A stretch of DNA of 64,000 nucleotides from Macrostomum lignano (taxonomy: Eukaryota). This document shows positions 1-12,714 of this stretch, one piece after another (position 1 is the stretch's first letter; every line of letters starts with the position of its first letter). Below the pieces are notes generated by a model. That model had not been told where the DNA came from. It saw only the letters and a program-made list of their open reading frames with translations, and did no database searches. Where the stretch lies: the NCBI GenBank assembly GCA_002269645.1, contig NIVC01001331.1, positions 248,182 to 312,181 on the forward strand. The letters are read 5' to 3'. The translations under genes were made by a program, and so were the position numbers.

Positions 1-18
1 GGATGACTATCAGCTCCT

Positions 19-237
19 ATGACAATCATTCTGGTAGGCGATTTGCGTCCGCCTGCAGAGCTGTGCCAACTGGACCTCACAATGAGGGACCTGGCAGCCG
101 TGACAACAGATATGCTGGCTTGTATTCGTTGGTTGGCCACCTACAGGCTGCTTGCCAATGAACAGCAGTGTGGATGCCAGCCGGTGCTCAAATGTGTTTG
201 CAATGCCGATTATCTTTCTTGTGACTTCAAACTTTAA
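19..237 (+). pseudogene. Possible truncated Merlin/IS1595-like transposase N-terminus
   Basis: ORF contains MRDLAAVTTDMLACIRWLATYRLLANEQQCGC, which resembles from memory the helix + 'I.WL...LL....C.C' start of eukaryotic Merlin-type proteins. It stops after 72 aa with no DDE core. No search was run. Confidence 0.2.
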
Positions 238-1114
238 TTTGAACTTTTTTGGTGGTGGGTAATCTTTTTTGAACTTAAAATAATATAACGAGCCATTTCT
301 ACGTGCGCTGGAACAAATTTGAAACAAGAAATAATATAACAAACAAAACCATAGTTATGCCAGATTTATGTATATGCATAAATATGTGGAAGGTAGTTTA
401 ATTGTAAGGAAATATTATATGCACTATGCACATACAGCACATTTACTATTAAGAATTTATAGGAGCCTATCATTACAAAAAAAGAATTAAAACTAGTTCT
501 AATCTAATATAATATTCTAGCAAAACAATATTATAACTTACTAATTCTCGGAAATATTTGTTTCTACTGAAATTAATTAAATAGTAAACCTTCCTGGGTT
601 ATCTTTACATTTAATTTAAATGTTAATTAATTTCATATTTCATTGGTGGATAAAAGCTAGAGTTTCAACTGCGCAACTTGTATTTCTTAAGATTAAAAAT
701 ATTTTATGAGTAAAATGATGGTTGTCTGGTTTATGCAAAAAATAATGCCTAGAGACATTATATTAAACAGGACCTTTAGCCTAACCCAGTTTGCTTGTTA
801 TGTTTCATAGAATGCCATATTTTCGTTTTTCCGAGAAAGCAATGTCAAAAATATTATACGAAATATTATTGAATTTTATCAAAGCAAAGCTCCTTTTTTT
901 AAATCTGAAGCTAAACACGAATGCCGAACGTAAAAATTCAGTAAAATTCAGTAATTTAATTTTTAATGTTGAAAAACAGAAATATCTTTTATAAACGGTA
1001 ATGTGAAAACTCACTTATACAAATTTAAAACATCGTGCTTTCAAGTTTCACCTACTCGGATATGGAGTTCCATTTCGGCAGGAATTTGTAATCGTAAAAC
1101 AGTCAACATGTATT

Positions 1115-1360
1115 ATGAACCTCATATTCTTTATCATCAGCCTCTCCTTGTTTAGTGATACACAAAGTAATAGTGCATTCAATACTTTAAATACACTTGA
1201 CAACCCAATCCTCGATCAACTTAACGATGTGGCAAGTATTTTTACTGAAAAGGGCTACCGAAGTTTGTGCTTTGTGCACCCACGACTATATCAACACGGC
1301 AATGGTTCGTTTTCATCGTCTTTTAGGCCTAGATTTATCAAGGTCTTAATTTTCGGCACG
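1115..1360 (+). CDS. Gene 1 exon 1: signal peptide and start of ectodomain of a small type I membrane protein
   Basis: ATG 1115, MNLIFFIISLSLFSDTQS hydrophobic N-terminus, 82 codons open, phase-0 donor ACG|GTAAGT at 1361, NGS sequon. Confidence 0.65.
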
Positions 1361-1613
1361 GTAAGTCGCTATATTCAACTTGAATAGTTCCTTCACTCAT
1401 TTAGATGACTTGAATCGTTTCGATTCACAGTAAAGTTTATCTTATTACAATCCTCGCTTTAAATCAAAGTAAAGTTTCTGTTAAACTTAATTTGGACATT
1501 TTCTGCTCTTATCTCTAAAATTGTAAAGTTTTTTTACTTATAACTTAATACTGAATTATCAAACTATACGTAAAACATAATTATACCAAACTATAGAAAA
1601 CCACCATTTTCAG

Positions 1614-1748
1614 AAACAAGTCAATGTAATCTATGCATCAAACAAGACCCAATTGGAGGTTGATTTCAAATTTCAATTCGGAGTCACATCATCGAAAGAC
1701 TCCTTCATCTCTTACAAGAAGTTGAGCGACACTTTATTTATTTTTGCT
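1614..1748 (+). CDS. Gene 1 exon 2 (ectodomain)
   Basis: Acceptor CCATTTTCAG|, reads KQVNVIYASNKTQLEVDFKFQFG...LFIFA, donor GCT|GTAAGT, phase 0-0, fits both neighbours. Confidence 0.65.
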
Positions 1749-1853
1749 GTAAGTCGATATTTCTGTGTTGAAACTTCTACTCTTCTTAAAAACGAGAATA
1801 CATGCATGAATGAGTCTGTGATCAGAGAGAAACAGCCTGTTTCTTAATTTCAG

Positions 1854-1974
1854 AGGCAATCGGTTAAGGAACAGGCCCCCCAAGATTCATCATTTTATCT
1901 TACACCGGTGCTTGTTGGAATTATTCTTGGTTTGGTATTCGTCATTCTAACGCTTGCCGCTTGTTACATAAAAA
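1854..1974 (+). CDS. Gene 1 exon 3: transmembrane helix
   Basis: Acceptor TTAATTTCAG|, reads RQSVKEQAPQDSSFYLTPVLVGIILGLVFVILTLAACYIK (about 23 hydrophobic residues then basic), donor A|GTTAGT phase 1. Confidence 0.75.
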
Positions 1975-2208
1975 GTTAGTGATACCCTCATTGTATAATT
2001 ATACTTCACACGTACGCTTGTTAGATAAGCTTAATTTTTAGTGCATAAAGCGCTAATTAATTCTCATTTTAGCTTAGTTCCACTTGAATGCCCTGACCAC
2101 CACCTGATTTTTAAATGCTCCAATGTGCTCATTAGACTCCTAGACCCATAGACTCAAGTAGCAGTTTAGACCATAGAAGACTAACTGTAATATAACTTGT
2201 TCATTTAG

Positions 2209-2381
2209 ACAAACGTCCTATCGTTGGCGGCGCCCAACACGCTCATCGTAAATTTCGACTTGACAACTCGTTGCCTGGCAACGGAAATGGAAACGTTAGC
2301 GAAGTCTGTTCCGGCGACGTCTTACCGCCGGGGTCTCGGCTGGACGAGGGCCCCGACTCTGATGAGGAGGGTGCAGATGAG
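2209..2381 (+). CDS. Gene 1 exon 4: cytoplasmic tail
   Basis: Acceptor TTCATTTAG|, phase 1, reads (N)KRPIVGGAQHAHRKFRLDNSLPGNG...DEGPDSDEEGADE, donor GAG|GTAAAG. Without splicing the frame ends at the stop at 2462. Confidence 0.7.
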
Positions 2382-2539
2382 GTAAAGGATTGTATGAAGT
2401 TTTGTTCAAAAGCAATAACTACGAGTTTTTGTAAGTCAAGGTACCCTACTGCGATGGGGTAGCAGCTCTTAGCTGCTGTACAAATACAGGAGTTGTACAC
2501 TGAGTTGCGACTCACACAGTGACAAGCTGTTGCGACAAG

Positions 2540-3045
2540 CTGTCAAGGACCACTTAACTCTTAGCAAAACAGGTCGCGAACCTAAAAAACCATGTAATTT
2601 TTGGAGGCCAATTTGCTGGAAGAAATACACTGCGGAGATAGGAAATAATCTCTTCACCATATAACCATGTTTGCATGTGATTTAGGGCTATGAAGACTAC
2701 CATCTTAATTTAGCATGCACGGCATCTTTTAATATACTATTTTTCATAATTCATAAGCCCAAAGTTGTAAATACTAACAAGTGGCATTAGCTAAACTCTT
2801 TGTTTTGTTCCTTCTTGAATCAAGTATATTTTTAATAAAAATGTTGCATGCAGTTACTATTAAACCATTATAATCTTCACTGCCCCAGATCATGCAATCA
2901 TTGATTATGTGATGGAAAAAAACGATTTTTCCTATCTCGGCAGTGTATTTTTTCCAGGAAATAGGCCTCCAAAAATGACACGACTGAGTTTTACGTCCTG
3001 TTGTACTTTAGGAGTGCTTGCAAGCTGTACACAGCACTCAGATTT
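2540..3045. mobile_element. Degenerate inverted-repeat (MITE-like) element
   Basis: 2598-2650 (TTTTGGAGGCCAATTTGCTGGAAGAAATACACTGCGGAGATAGGAAATAATC) is a near reverse complement of 2924-2975. Weaker similarity extends outward. Confidence 0.55.
2686..2790 (+). CDS. Gene 1 candidate terminal exon
   Basis: GATTTAG|GGC TAT GAA GAC TAC... phase 0, reads GYEDYHLNLACTASFNILFFIIHKPKVVNTNKWH*. Weak support. Confidence 0.25.
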   Translation, partial: GYEDYHLNLACTASFNILFFIIHKPKVVNTNKWH

Positions 3046-3128
3046 AACTGAGGCAGATATTTAAATTCATGAAATGATTTTATAAAGTGCATTCAATTAG
3101 CCGATACTTGGGGCAAATCAAATTTCAG

Positions 3129-3266
3129 AAAGCATTTCTAACTGGCTGCTCAGCTCTGTTCTCTATCGAGGCCTCGACGGCGGCGGCGGCAGCGGCAGCG
3201 ACAGCCGCCGCGCTGCCAGATGAATTCCGAGTCAACGACAGCAGCGAGCAGCGGCAGTTGCCAAAG
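3129..3266 (+). other. Putative upstream (5'UTR or coding) exon of gene 2 with a GCG/GCA repeat
   Basis: TTTCAG| at 3128, GC-rich (GCG)n, strong donor AAG|GTGAGC at 3267. 46 open codons in phase with the exon starting at 11274. Confidence 0.4.
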
Positions 3267-3785
3267 GTGAGCCTCGGAGCATTCGATCAAGAGTAGCGAT
3301 AGGGGGGAATAAAGACTCCTGAGCACTGCGGAAGGGTCCCTCTTCGAACTTTTGCATTCGCTTTTCTGCGCGCCTTTGATCTTTGCGCGGGCATTTGCAG
3401 TCTTTTCGGCCACTGGTTCGGAGGAAGGGATGCTTGCGGGGGAATAAAGAGGATTTGGGAAAGAAGGGAGGGGAACACAGAGGGACACTTTATTTCGCTA
3501 GGAGGGAGCCCGGGATCAAAGAGGCACAGCACGATTCAGCCCGGCAGGACATTGGGGATAAGTTCATCAATTATTTGGCAAAACTATTCTCGTAAGTTCT
3601 TGCATGCTTACGAAAGTGCTTTTTTCGTAAGTCCTTTGTTCGTCAAGCAGGGGGATTTTCGTTTTCCCACTATCATTTTGCTCGAATTCGCCCAACGGAA
3701 GTAAAAAAATGCTTTAAGCTTTTTCTAAGAGTAGGTTATATATGCGAATATACATTTTCAAGAGACGCCAATTTCCAACGTTCGG

Positions 3786-4025
3786 CGACATCATAAACCC
3801 GAAATATCAGAAACCCGAAAAATTCCAACTCCGAAATTAATAGTAACGCCCATCATAAACCCGAAATATCATAAACCCGAAAAATCACAACTCCGAAAAC
3901 CAAAAATGGCAAAATAGCACTGCCCATCATAAACCCGAAATATCATAACTCTGAAATGGGCAATGCTATTTTTGTTTTCGGAGATATGATATTTCGGGTT
4001 TGTGATTTTTCGGGTTTGTGATGCC
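3786..4025. mobile_element. MITE-like element with subterminal repeats
   Basis: Direct repeats CATCATAAACCCGAAATATCA (x3) at left, inverted TTTCGGGTTTGTGATG (x2) at right, no coding capacity. Confidence 0.65.
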
Positions 4026-4080
4026 CCGCCCCCCCCCCTGAGCACAATGCATGCGCGCCAATACTGTACACGCAGACACG

Positions 4081-4140
4081 CAGGGTGTACAGCAGCCCTG
4101 ACTTTCTAATCGTCAGACATGTACACTCTCTGTGCCCTGG
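4081..4140 (+). repeat. Dispersed repeat family 'CAGGGTGTACAGCAGCCCTGACTTTCTAATCGTCAGACATGTACA', copy 1
   Basis: About 54/56 identical to the reverse complement of 53881-53936. More diverged copies at ~28772-28830 (+) and ~24730-24768 (-). Confidence 0.8.
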
Positions 4141-7100
4141 GGGTTGGCCCTCATGGCTGGGGATCGCACGACAACCCCCCCCCCTCTCCTAGGCTAATTC
4201 TCGTGCTCACAACCCCAAATGAATTTGGAATCGAACCATGGGTTGTGGCGCGAGTCAGACGCGTTTGACTATAGAAATTCGCGCCGACAAAAAATATGCT
4301 CTTTGAAACTCAACAATCAATATAGTTGAATGCAGAATAGAGTAAAGCAAGGCGCGATCGAAGTCTCTCAATGCCAATTTGATACAATTTAAAACAGTGG
4401 TGCTACTCCTCGCTCATTCAGGCTTTTTGCTTACCAGCATAGTTAGAGTAATAAAACTCCTCAGCATGCTTAAGCTGCTACTTGAATCTGAATAGGAGAA
4501 TCATACTATTGTTATATTTCACTGCACGTCTTAAAGGCTTATTTATATTGGCTATCGCTATTATAATCGATGTTTCTAAAACTGTATTTTTTCTACCTGC
4601 ACTCCAATCCAGATTCTACTATAATAGTGATCCACGGCAGTCCAACTCTCGGTCTCTCGGGCGCGTCACTCAATGTTCAGTCCTTGAATGTGAAATTCTT
4701 CATTAGCATCCAATTCATATGGCTCCGGCAAAGCCAGCGACGCCAACAATAGGGTCGGGGGGGGCGATGTTGAGCTAACAGATTTCAGTTCTCACCACAT
4801 CTCCCAGCTTCCTATAAGGTCTTCTTCTAGTGGAGGATTCTCCACACTGCATGGCTACTTCTTCTCTTTGCCCAGAGGCGCGCCCCAATGCGCCTGTTGG
4901 AGTGTGATTACGTCACACAGCGGAGCGCGTGGAAATGCCCTGGCAGGCTGGAATGAATTGGGGAACCTGCATTGCTCCCCTCCCCCAGTTATAGCTTCAT
5001 CAACCACAGTATCTATGGCATCGGGTTCCAGGATCCCAAATCCCAGACCCTATCTGGTAGCACTACTCTTGATTGGCTACTAAGGACACCCTAGGGAGGG
5101 TGAAGACAAAGACTTCCAACCTGTATCTCCACCTCTCATCTATCTGCCCGGCAGGCAGACAGGCGGCAGACTCCCAGAGGACTCCAATAAAAAGCAGCAT
5201 TAGCTAGAAAAATAGCTGTAAATATAGATAGATAACTGATTATCGCTAAAGACATTCGAATATCGAGTACCATTCAACAGTATAAAGTGTTTTTTTTATC
5301 TTATAAAGGGATTCAATAAAGATAATTCAATAATTGCCTAGTTTGTCATATATATTTATTTTAGAGCTGAGTCGAATATTTTATCATTTTGCGCTACCCT
5401 TTCTAGGAAACCACCTAAACTAAGACATGAATTTCGTAGAAAAAAATGCAGATTTCTTAGAATTTGACTTTCTCGTAATAACAAAACCACGCCAAAATCT
5501 TGCCCGTATATTCCAAGTGTCGTCTTTTCTAAGAAACAATCAAATCTAAATACAATAGTATTTTAACAAACGGCTATTTCTTAGAAATCTAATAAACGAA
5601 ACTATTTGAGCTTGAAAGAAGCGCAATTTCTTAGAAATCGATATCGATAACCTTGCCCGATTTATACTTAGAAGTGGCCCAATAAATGAGAAAAAAGTTT
5701 GTGCACAAGCAGAACAAAATCGGAAAATTTCAGGATATTTCGCCGCCTAACCGCGCCGATCGCAATTTCCGGCCCTATCTTTTTCTTCCATCGCTTTTTT
5801 ATCTTTCTCCCGAGTAGCGGCGCTGGGCGGCAAGAAAAAAAAATGGCCAGTCCCATGGCAACAGGAAATTGAAGAGAAAGAAAAACTATAGGCAGAAGAA
5901 TCCGGTAATGAGATGTTGTGATCAGAATCTAACGCTGGTCTATTTTTATTCTACTTTTCTTTGATTAAAAGCGAAGCAGGTTTGTCCAGAAATCTCCTGT
6001 ACAACCCCAGCCGAGCCGAGTGGCCAAAAATACAAATTAATTGTGAAAGTTCCCAGAGCTAAAGACAGCTAGAAAGTGAAGTCAAATAGTCGGCCTCTAT
6101 TAGTAATTCAATTCTAGTCGAGGATAGCCCAGCTAAGATGGCTTGAGTGGGACAATTGAAGTAAAATAAGTCTCCAAACGCCACAACAAGATGAAGTGGA
6201 CTTTCGGACCCGTATTGATGGGTCTACGCCTGGCCTCTGGTCTCAGCAGACGCTCACTTCCCTCTCTTCTTGGGAAATTCTTCCCTTATTATTAATCAAG
6301 TCCTGCAGGCCTCCCCACACCCCGATCTCTCATCCCTTGAAGTTCTCGCCGAGTCCTGGGTTCCTTTTTTCCTTCTGTATTTTCTCCCTATTATATAGCC
6401 AGAAACTCTGCAGCGTGTCGGAGCAGGAAGTGTGTGTGTGCGCGCGCGCGTGTGTGTGTTTGTGTTTGACCTCCTCTTTTTCCATCAGTTATTTTTCTAC
6501 CAACCGTCTCTCTCCTTTCTCAGAAAGAGGAAGCCCTCCGCTAGTAGCTGGAGAGGTTTGGTGGATTAAGAGCGTCAAGAGGAGGCGCCGGATAGCGGAG
6601 ATTGAGCGATGCGCGACTGAGGATCTGGCCCCATTCTGGGAGCTTAAACCTGCCGGCAAGGGATATTGTAACGGCAGTGCAAACACACAACTGTCGGCAG
6701 GAAGAAAGCAAAAACGCATATTTTTTTCCTCCAAAAATCAAAATCATATTCCGACAGCTTTGGCGGCTTAGAGCGTGACAAGCCGCTGGGTGCTGCTGGC
6801 TTCTCCCTCTCTACCCCCCCCCCCCCTGTCTGCCCGTGTCTGCTTGTAGAAGAATGTTAACCCCCGGATTCCCGTTCCCCAGCAGTAGCAGCATAGCTTC
6901 TGACATTGCCCGTCACACACACACAGAGGGAACCTTTTCTGTTCGCAGAAATGTCCTTGTCAATTCAATATGGTGCAGACTAAATTTCTGGCAGCAGAGC
7001 TGAGCAACAGGTTCTGTGTGGGATAATATATAGCGGCCAAGCACATTCCAAGAGAGGCTGCAAGCGGGCAACCCGATAAGAAGCGCGAGCTTCTGCCGCC

Positions 7101-7398
7101 CGCAGAACGGAGCTTCATTGAGTCAAGTTTGCAGTGCCAACTCCAGCAGCACTTCTCCCTCACGATTGCTAAGCCTGGGATTAGAACAAAGAGGAGCAGA
7201 CAGACAGACAGACAGACAGAGAGAAAGCTGAGCATGCAGAAGATGCTATGGTATGCGGAGCAGATTCTCCAGCCTCTTCACACGGCTGGCTGCATCAACT
7301 CAGGCCCAGTAGGGGCGGGGAAGTGAGTAGATTCTTTCGCCAGGTATAAATCCTTTCATTCAGAAGCAGCAGCCGCCCACTCGCATCTCTCCCACCCA

Positions 7399-7519
<121 letters not shown>

Positions 7520-8040
7520 TTTCACATCATTACGCGCGTGCTTGGAAGTGTTTGCAAAGTGGGCAGGAGGGGGTGAGGGTGGCTCTGCCTGACGCAATAC
7601 TGCAGATACTTAGAGAGGGAAACACTTGAAATGTTTGAGTCCCACAAATAAGAAGTGGGTGGGGGGGCTTTGCAGGTATTAATCCTTGTTTTCCCAGTCT
7701 ACGCTGTTTATTAGTGCATTCAATAAGAGTTGAATTGTTGGCCGGGGCAACTTCACGCGAAAATGAGTGCGAATTTCGTAGAGAGAGAAAAACACAAAGC
7801 GGAGTTCTGCCTGCCGCCCCCGGCCTGCTCTCGGGCGGCGTCTCCGCGCCTCAGCTGCGCAAAGCTTTGAAACACAGGGAGTGGGGGGGGGGTTAATTTT
7901 ATGGGAACACACAGCAAAGCTGCGCGACATTCGCTTTTTAGCTTCTGAGGATTCGCGGCCGCATCTTGCTTCGACTGATGGCGCTGCGAAATTACTGTAA
8001 TTGCTGCTGCTGAGTGGGCGGCTGCAGCAGCAATTACGGA

Positions 8041-8978
<938 letters not shown>

Positions 8979-10167
8979 ACTATCCATCTTTCTATCTTTT
9001 TATCTAGAATTTATTAGTTTACTGATTTATCGGCTAGTCTATCTGTCTGTTAGTCTGCCTCTCACTCTGCTGTCTGCCAGAACTTCTTGCTTTCCCAGCA
9101 TTCCCTGTATTTATGCGCGCTGTCAATGTTTCTATTATCTCTTCCTGGCCTTCGCAATTAATGATGCTGACAAGCCAGACCGAGCCATCAAAGCGAGCAA
9201 AATTAATGGCAAGCGGCGCATCTATCAGGCTCTTCATCATCAACTTTCGCCCTGACTGGCCCACCTTTTGCTCCGCTGTCCGCCTTTGTAACCGGGGCGG
9301 TACCAGACTGCCGAGATCCCCCTCTTGAACATCCGCATTGGGAAGAAACGGCTGGACAGGATGTCGGGGATTTATTAGTGGCAACCCGAGGGAGCCATTA
9401 GCCCTCTCCCAGGACCGCGTCGTGTTCTTTTAAGACTCCAGACCAGTGGTAACCAAGCGGAGACGCTAATTAATAATTAGATTAGATTAGATAAGAAATG
9501 CCCCAAGAGTTCCTGCTGCCGAACTGTAAGCTAGATTATGTTTATAGATTTCTGATCATTAGTTGACATGCGTTGCATTCTAGTTGAGTAATTGGCTGCT
9601 GAAAGTGAAAGGGTGGCATGTTGTGCTGTTATACAGTCTCCTGGGCCTCATCGCCTGCTCTATTCACTGAGTTTGGCCTCACCCGCTGCCACACTGTGCG
9701 CCTTTTTGTTCTGCTACGTCTTTCATTCCGTCTGTGTTCGTGTCTCCCTCTATGCGACACCCTGCTGATTAGTTTTGACGTTTGTTAGAGCAGCAAGAGG
9801 GGAAGAGAGAATGTCGGAGTGTCGAAGGAGAGAGAGAGAGAGAGAGAAGAGCTGGGAAGTTTAGGCACCGCAATTCACGGCATTCCAAAACAAACAAACT
9901 CTGCGGATGGCATCGGTGTTGAACCTCTTGCTACTACAAACGTAGAGTTTCTAAAGAGTAGCTGTTGAGTAGCCATAGAATGGCCGTTGAGTAGTCTTAG
10001 AGTAGCCGTTGAGTAGTCATAGAGTAACTGTTGAGTAGTCTTAGAGTAGCCGTTGAGTAGCCATGGAGTAGCCGTAAAGTATACATATCTCTTAGATTAG
10101 CCATGGAATTATCTTAAAGTGGTCATAGGATAGCCAGATTGTATTCATAGGGTAGCCAGAAAATAAT

Positions 10168-10636
10168 CATAGATCAGCCATAGATCAGCCATAGATCAGC
10201 CATAGATCAGCTATAGATCAGCCATAGATCAGCCATAGATCAGCCATAGATCAGCTATAGATCAGCCCTAGATCAGCCATAGATCAGCCATAGATCAGCC
10301 ATAGATCAGCCATAGATCAGCCCTAGATCAGCCATAGATCAGCCATAGATAAGCCTTAGATCAGCCATATATCAGCCATAGATAAGCCTTAGATCAGCCA
10401 TACATCAGCCGTAGATCAGCCATAGATCAGCCATAGATCAGCCATAGATCAGCCATAGATCAGCCATAGATCAGCTATAGATCAGCCATAGATCAGCCAT
10501 AGATCAGCCATAGATCAGCTATAGATCAGCCATAGATCAGCCATAGATCAGCCATAGATCAGCCATAGATCAGCCATAGATCAGCCATAGATCAGCCATA
10601 GATCAGCCATAGATAAGCCTTAGATCAGCCATAGAT
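10168..10636 (+). repeat. 11-bp minisatellite AGATCAGCCAT
   Basis: About 42 tandem units. Confidence 0.97.
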
Positions 10637-11330
10637 AATCGCAGATTAAAGTTCAGTTTGTCAGCTAGGTCCGGTGGTATAAGGCAAACTGGTAGCGCAG
10701 TACAGAGCAGAATCGAATACAAGCGTATCTAGGGCAAATCCCAGACTTCTATTGATTCAGCGGGGATCTCTCCGGTACCTCGGCCTCATCTCCGCCCATA
10801 GGTGGCAGAGGTGCGCACTTTAGGCTGTCCAACTCTTCACGCTCCAACGAATCTCTCAATCCGACAGATCGATGCAGCTGTTGGGAAATGGGAGGGCACT
10901 TCTACCATGGACTATTCCTATTTTAGCAAGTAGAAGTGAAGTGCAGTTTTGAATACTTTAAACTTGTTTGTAAATTCGAGCAAACAGATGGGGTTTGGAG
11001 CATAGACGTAGTGCAACCAATGTGTATACTGTATGATAAATGAAAATAGTGTGCAGTGAATACCACTCTATGGGCCAATAGTCAAGGCAACGCGACATCA
11101 ATTTGGCGATAATTAAAGCTCAAGAAATGACATTGCGTACTTAGAGTGGTCAAGAAATTTGCGCACTCAAAAACAGATGCCAATCCAATGCAATCACACA
11201 TTTTTGAGTGCTGTGCCCTTTCTACTTCAGTTGTCAGTCAATGAGCCTCATGTGGCATCCGATTCTTTTTCAGGTTGACGGCATCAGAAGGTCGACTGGC
11301 GGCGCTTCGTGTATCAACAGTCGGGTTGCC

Positions 11331-11457
11331 ATGACAACGTTGACAACTTTAACACTATGCTCGCTGGTTACTCTGTGCGCATCAATGACGGCCTGCCGTC
11401 TGCTTGGCATCAGAGAGGAGCTCACGCTGATTGTGCCCGGTCAGATGACGGGACTCG
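11331..11457 (+). CDS. Gene 2 exon A: signal peptide
   Basis: GTTGCC ATG context, MTTLTTLTLCSLVTLCASMTACRLLGIREELTLIVPGQMTGL, donor G|GTGAGT phase 1. Exon acceptor TTTTTCAG| at 11273. Confidence 0.8.
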
Positions 11458-11516
11458 GTGAGTTCTGACTGCTCACTGGCCAGCCTGATGGATTAGCGCT
11501 CCTTAGTAGCTATGGC

Positions 11517-12166
11517 TCTAAGCCATAGACACTGCAACACTAGCCTAGCACACTCCCTTCTAAGCCATAGACACTGCAACACTAGCCTAGCACACTCCAG
11601 TCTAAGCCATAGACACTGCAACACTAGCCTAGCACACTCCAGTCTAAGCCATAGACACTGCAACGCTAGCCTATCACACTCCAGTCTAAGCCATAGACAC
11701 TGCAACACTAGCCTATCACACTCCAGTCTAAGCCATAGACACTGCAACACTAGCCTAGCACACTCCAGTCTAAGCCATAGACACTGCAACACTAGCCTAG
11801 CACACTCCCTTCTAAGCCATAGACACTGCAACACTAGCCTAGCACACTCCAGTCTAAGCCATAGACACTGCAACACTAGCCTAGCACACTCCAGTCTAAG
11901 CCATAGACACTGCAACACTAGCCTATCACACTCCAGTCTAAGCCATAGACACTGCAACACTAGCCTAGCACACTCCAGTCTAAGCCATAGACACTGCAAC
12001 ACTAGCCTATCACACTCCAGTCTAAGCCATAGACACTGCAACGCTAGCCTAGCACACTCCCGTCTGAGCCATAGACACTGCAGCACTAGCCTAGCACAAA
12101 CCCTAACCCTAACGCTAACCCTAACCCTAACCCTAACCCACTCCAGTCTGAGCCATAGACACTGCA
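11517..12166 (+). repeat. 42-bp minisatellite TCTAAGCCATAGACACTGCAACACTAGCCTAGCACACTCCAG
   Basis: About 15 units. Confidence 0.97.
12099..12139 (-). repeat. Interstitial telomere-type tract (CCCTAA)~6
   Basis: AACCCTAACCCTAACGCTAACCCTAACCCTAACCCTAACCC inside the last unit of the 42-bp array. Confidence 0.85.
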
Positions 12167-12714
12167 GAATTTTTAAGCACCGAAGTGAAGCCAGTTGAAG
12201 ATTTTTGTAAACACAAAAATTGCAAAGAGGCATTAAAAGCCAACTTCTGTAAAACTAGCGGGCATGCGGCTTGGGCTAGAAAGTAGATTTCTCCCAAGCC
12301 CAAACCCACGCATTCGCATGCAGCAAAAACACAGGATAAGCTAATGGCATTTTCTACTCCATTTAATTTGCATTTACGCACACATTCTAAACAGTATAGC
12401 TAGTCGTTGGATTGCCAGCTAAATTTTTACCCGTTGCCTAGTCTGCATTATGTTCAACTTGCTGACTCTGTTTACCTCCGGTGGCAAAGCTTCGACTTCG
12501 TTCCTGTTTCACTTTATCAAATTTATCGCTAAAATTGCAAATCCATTTAATCGTAAATTACATAAATTCTGTAGGGCCTGAAGACTTGTGTTGACTGTCT
12601 GTCTATGCCGGGTACCTTCCTATCTGCCTCTTCCCAATAACCTATCAATGTATTTATGACCCCTTTTCTCTTACTGAAATGCTCCGAGTCCCTGAATATC
12701 CTTCTTGATCTCTC

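Noticed and set aside
4232-4290. Degenerate tRNA-like A/B-box remnants on the minus strand (also ~50660-50710)
   Set aside because: Too short and diverged to call; probably old SINE heads.
6430-6460. (GT)n(GC)n alternating tract with Z-DNA potential
   Set aside because: Short and common, with nothing linking it to a function here.
7233-7322. Possible extra upstream exon (ATG CAG AAG...AA|GTGAGT)
   Set aside because: Phase 2 donor is out of frame with the 11274 exon and no clear acceptor exists. At most a UTR exon or uORF.
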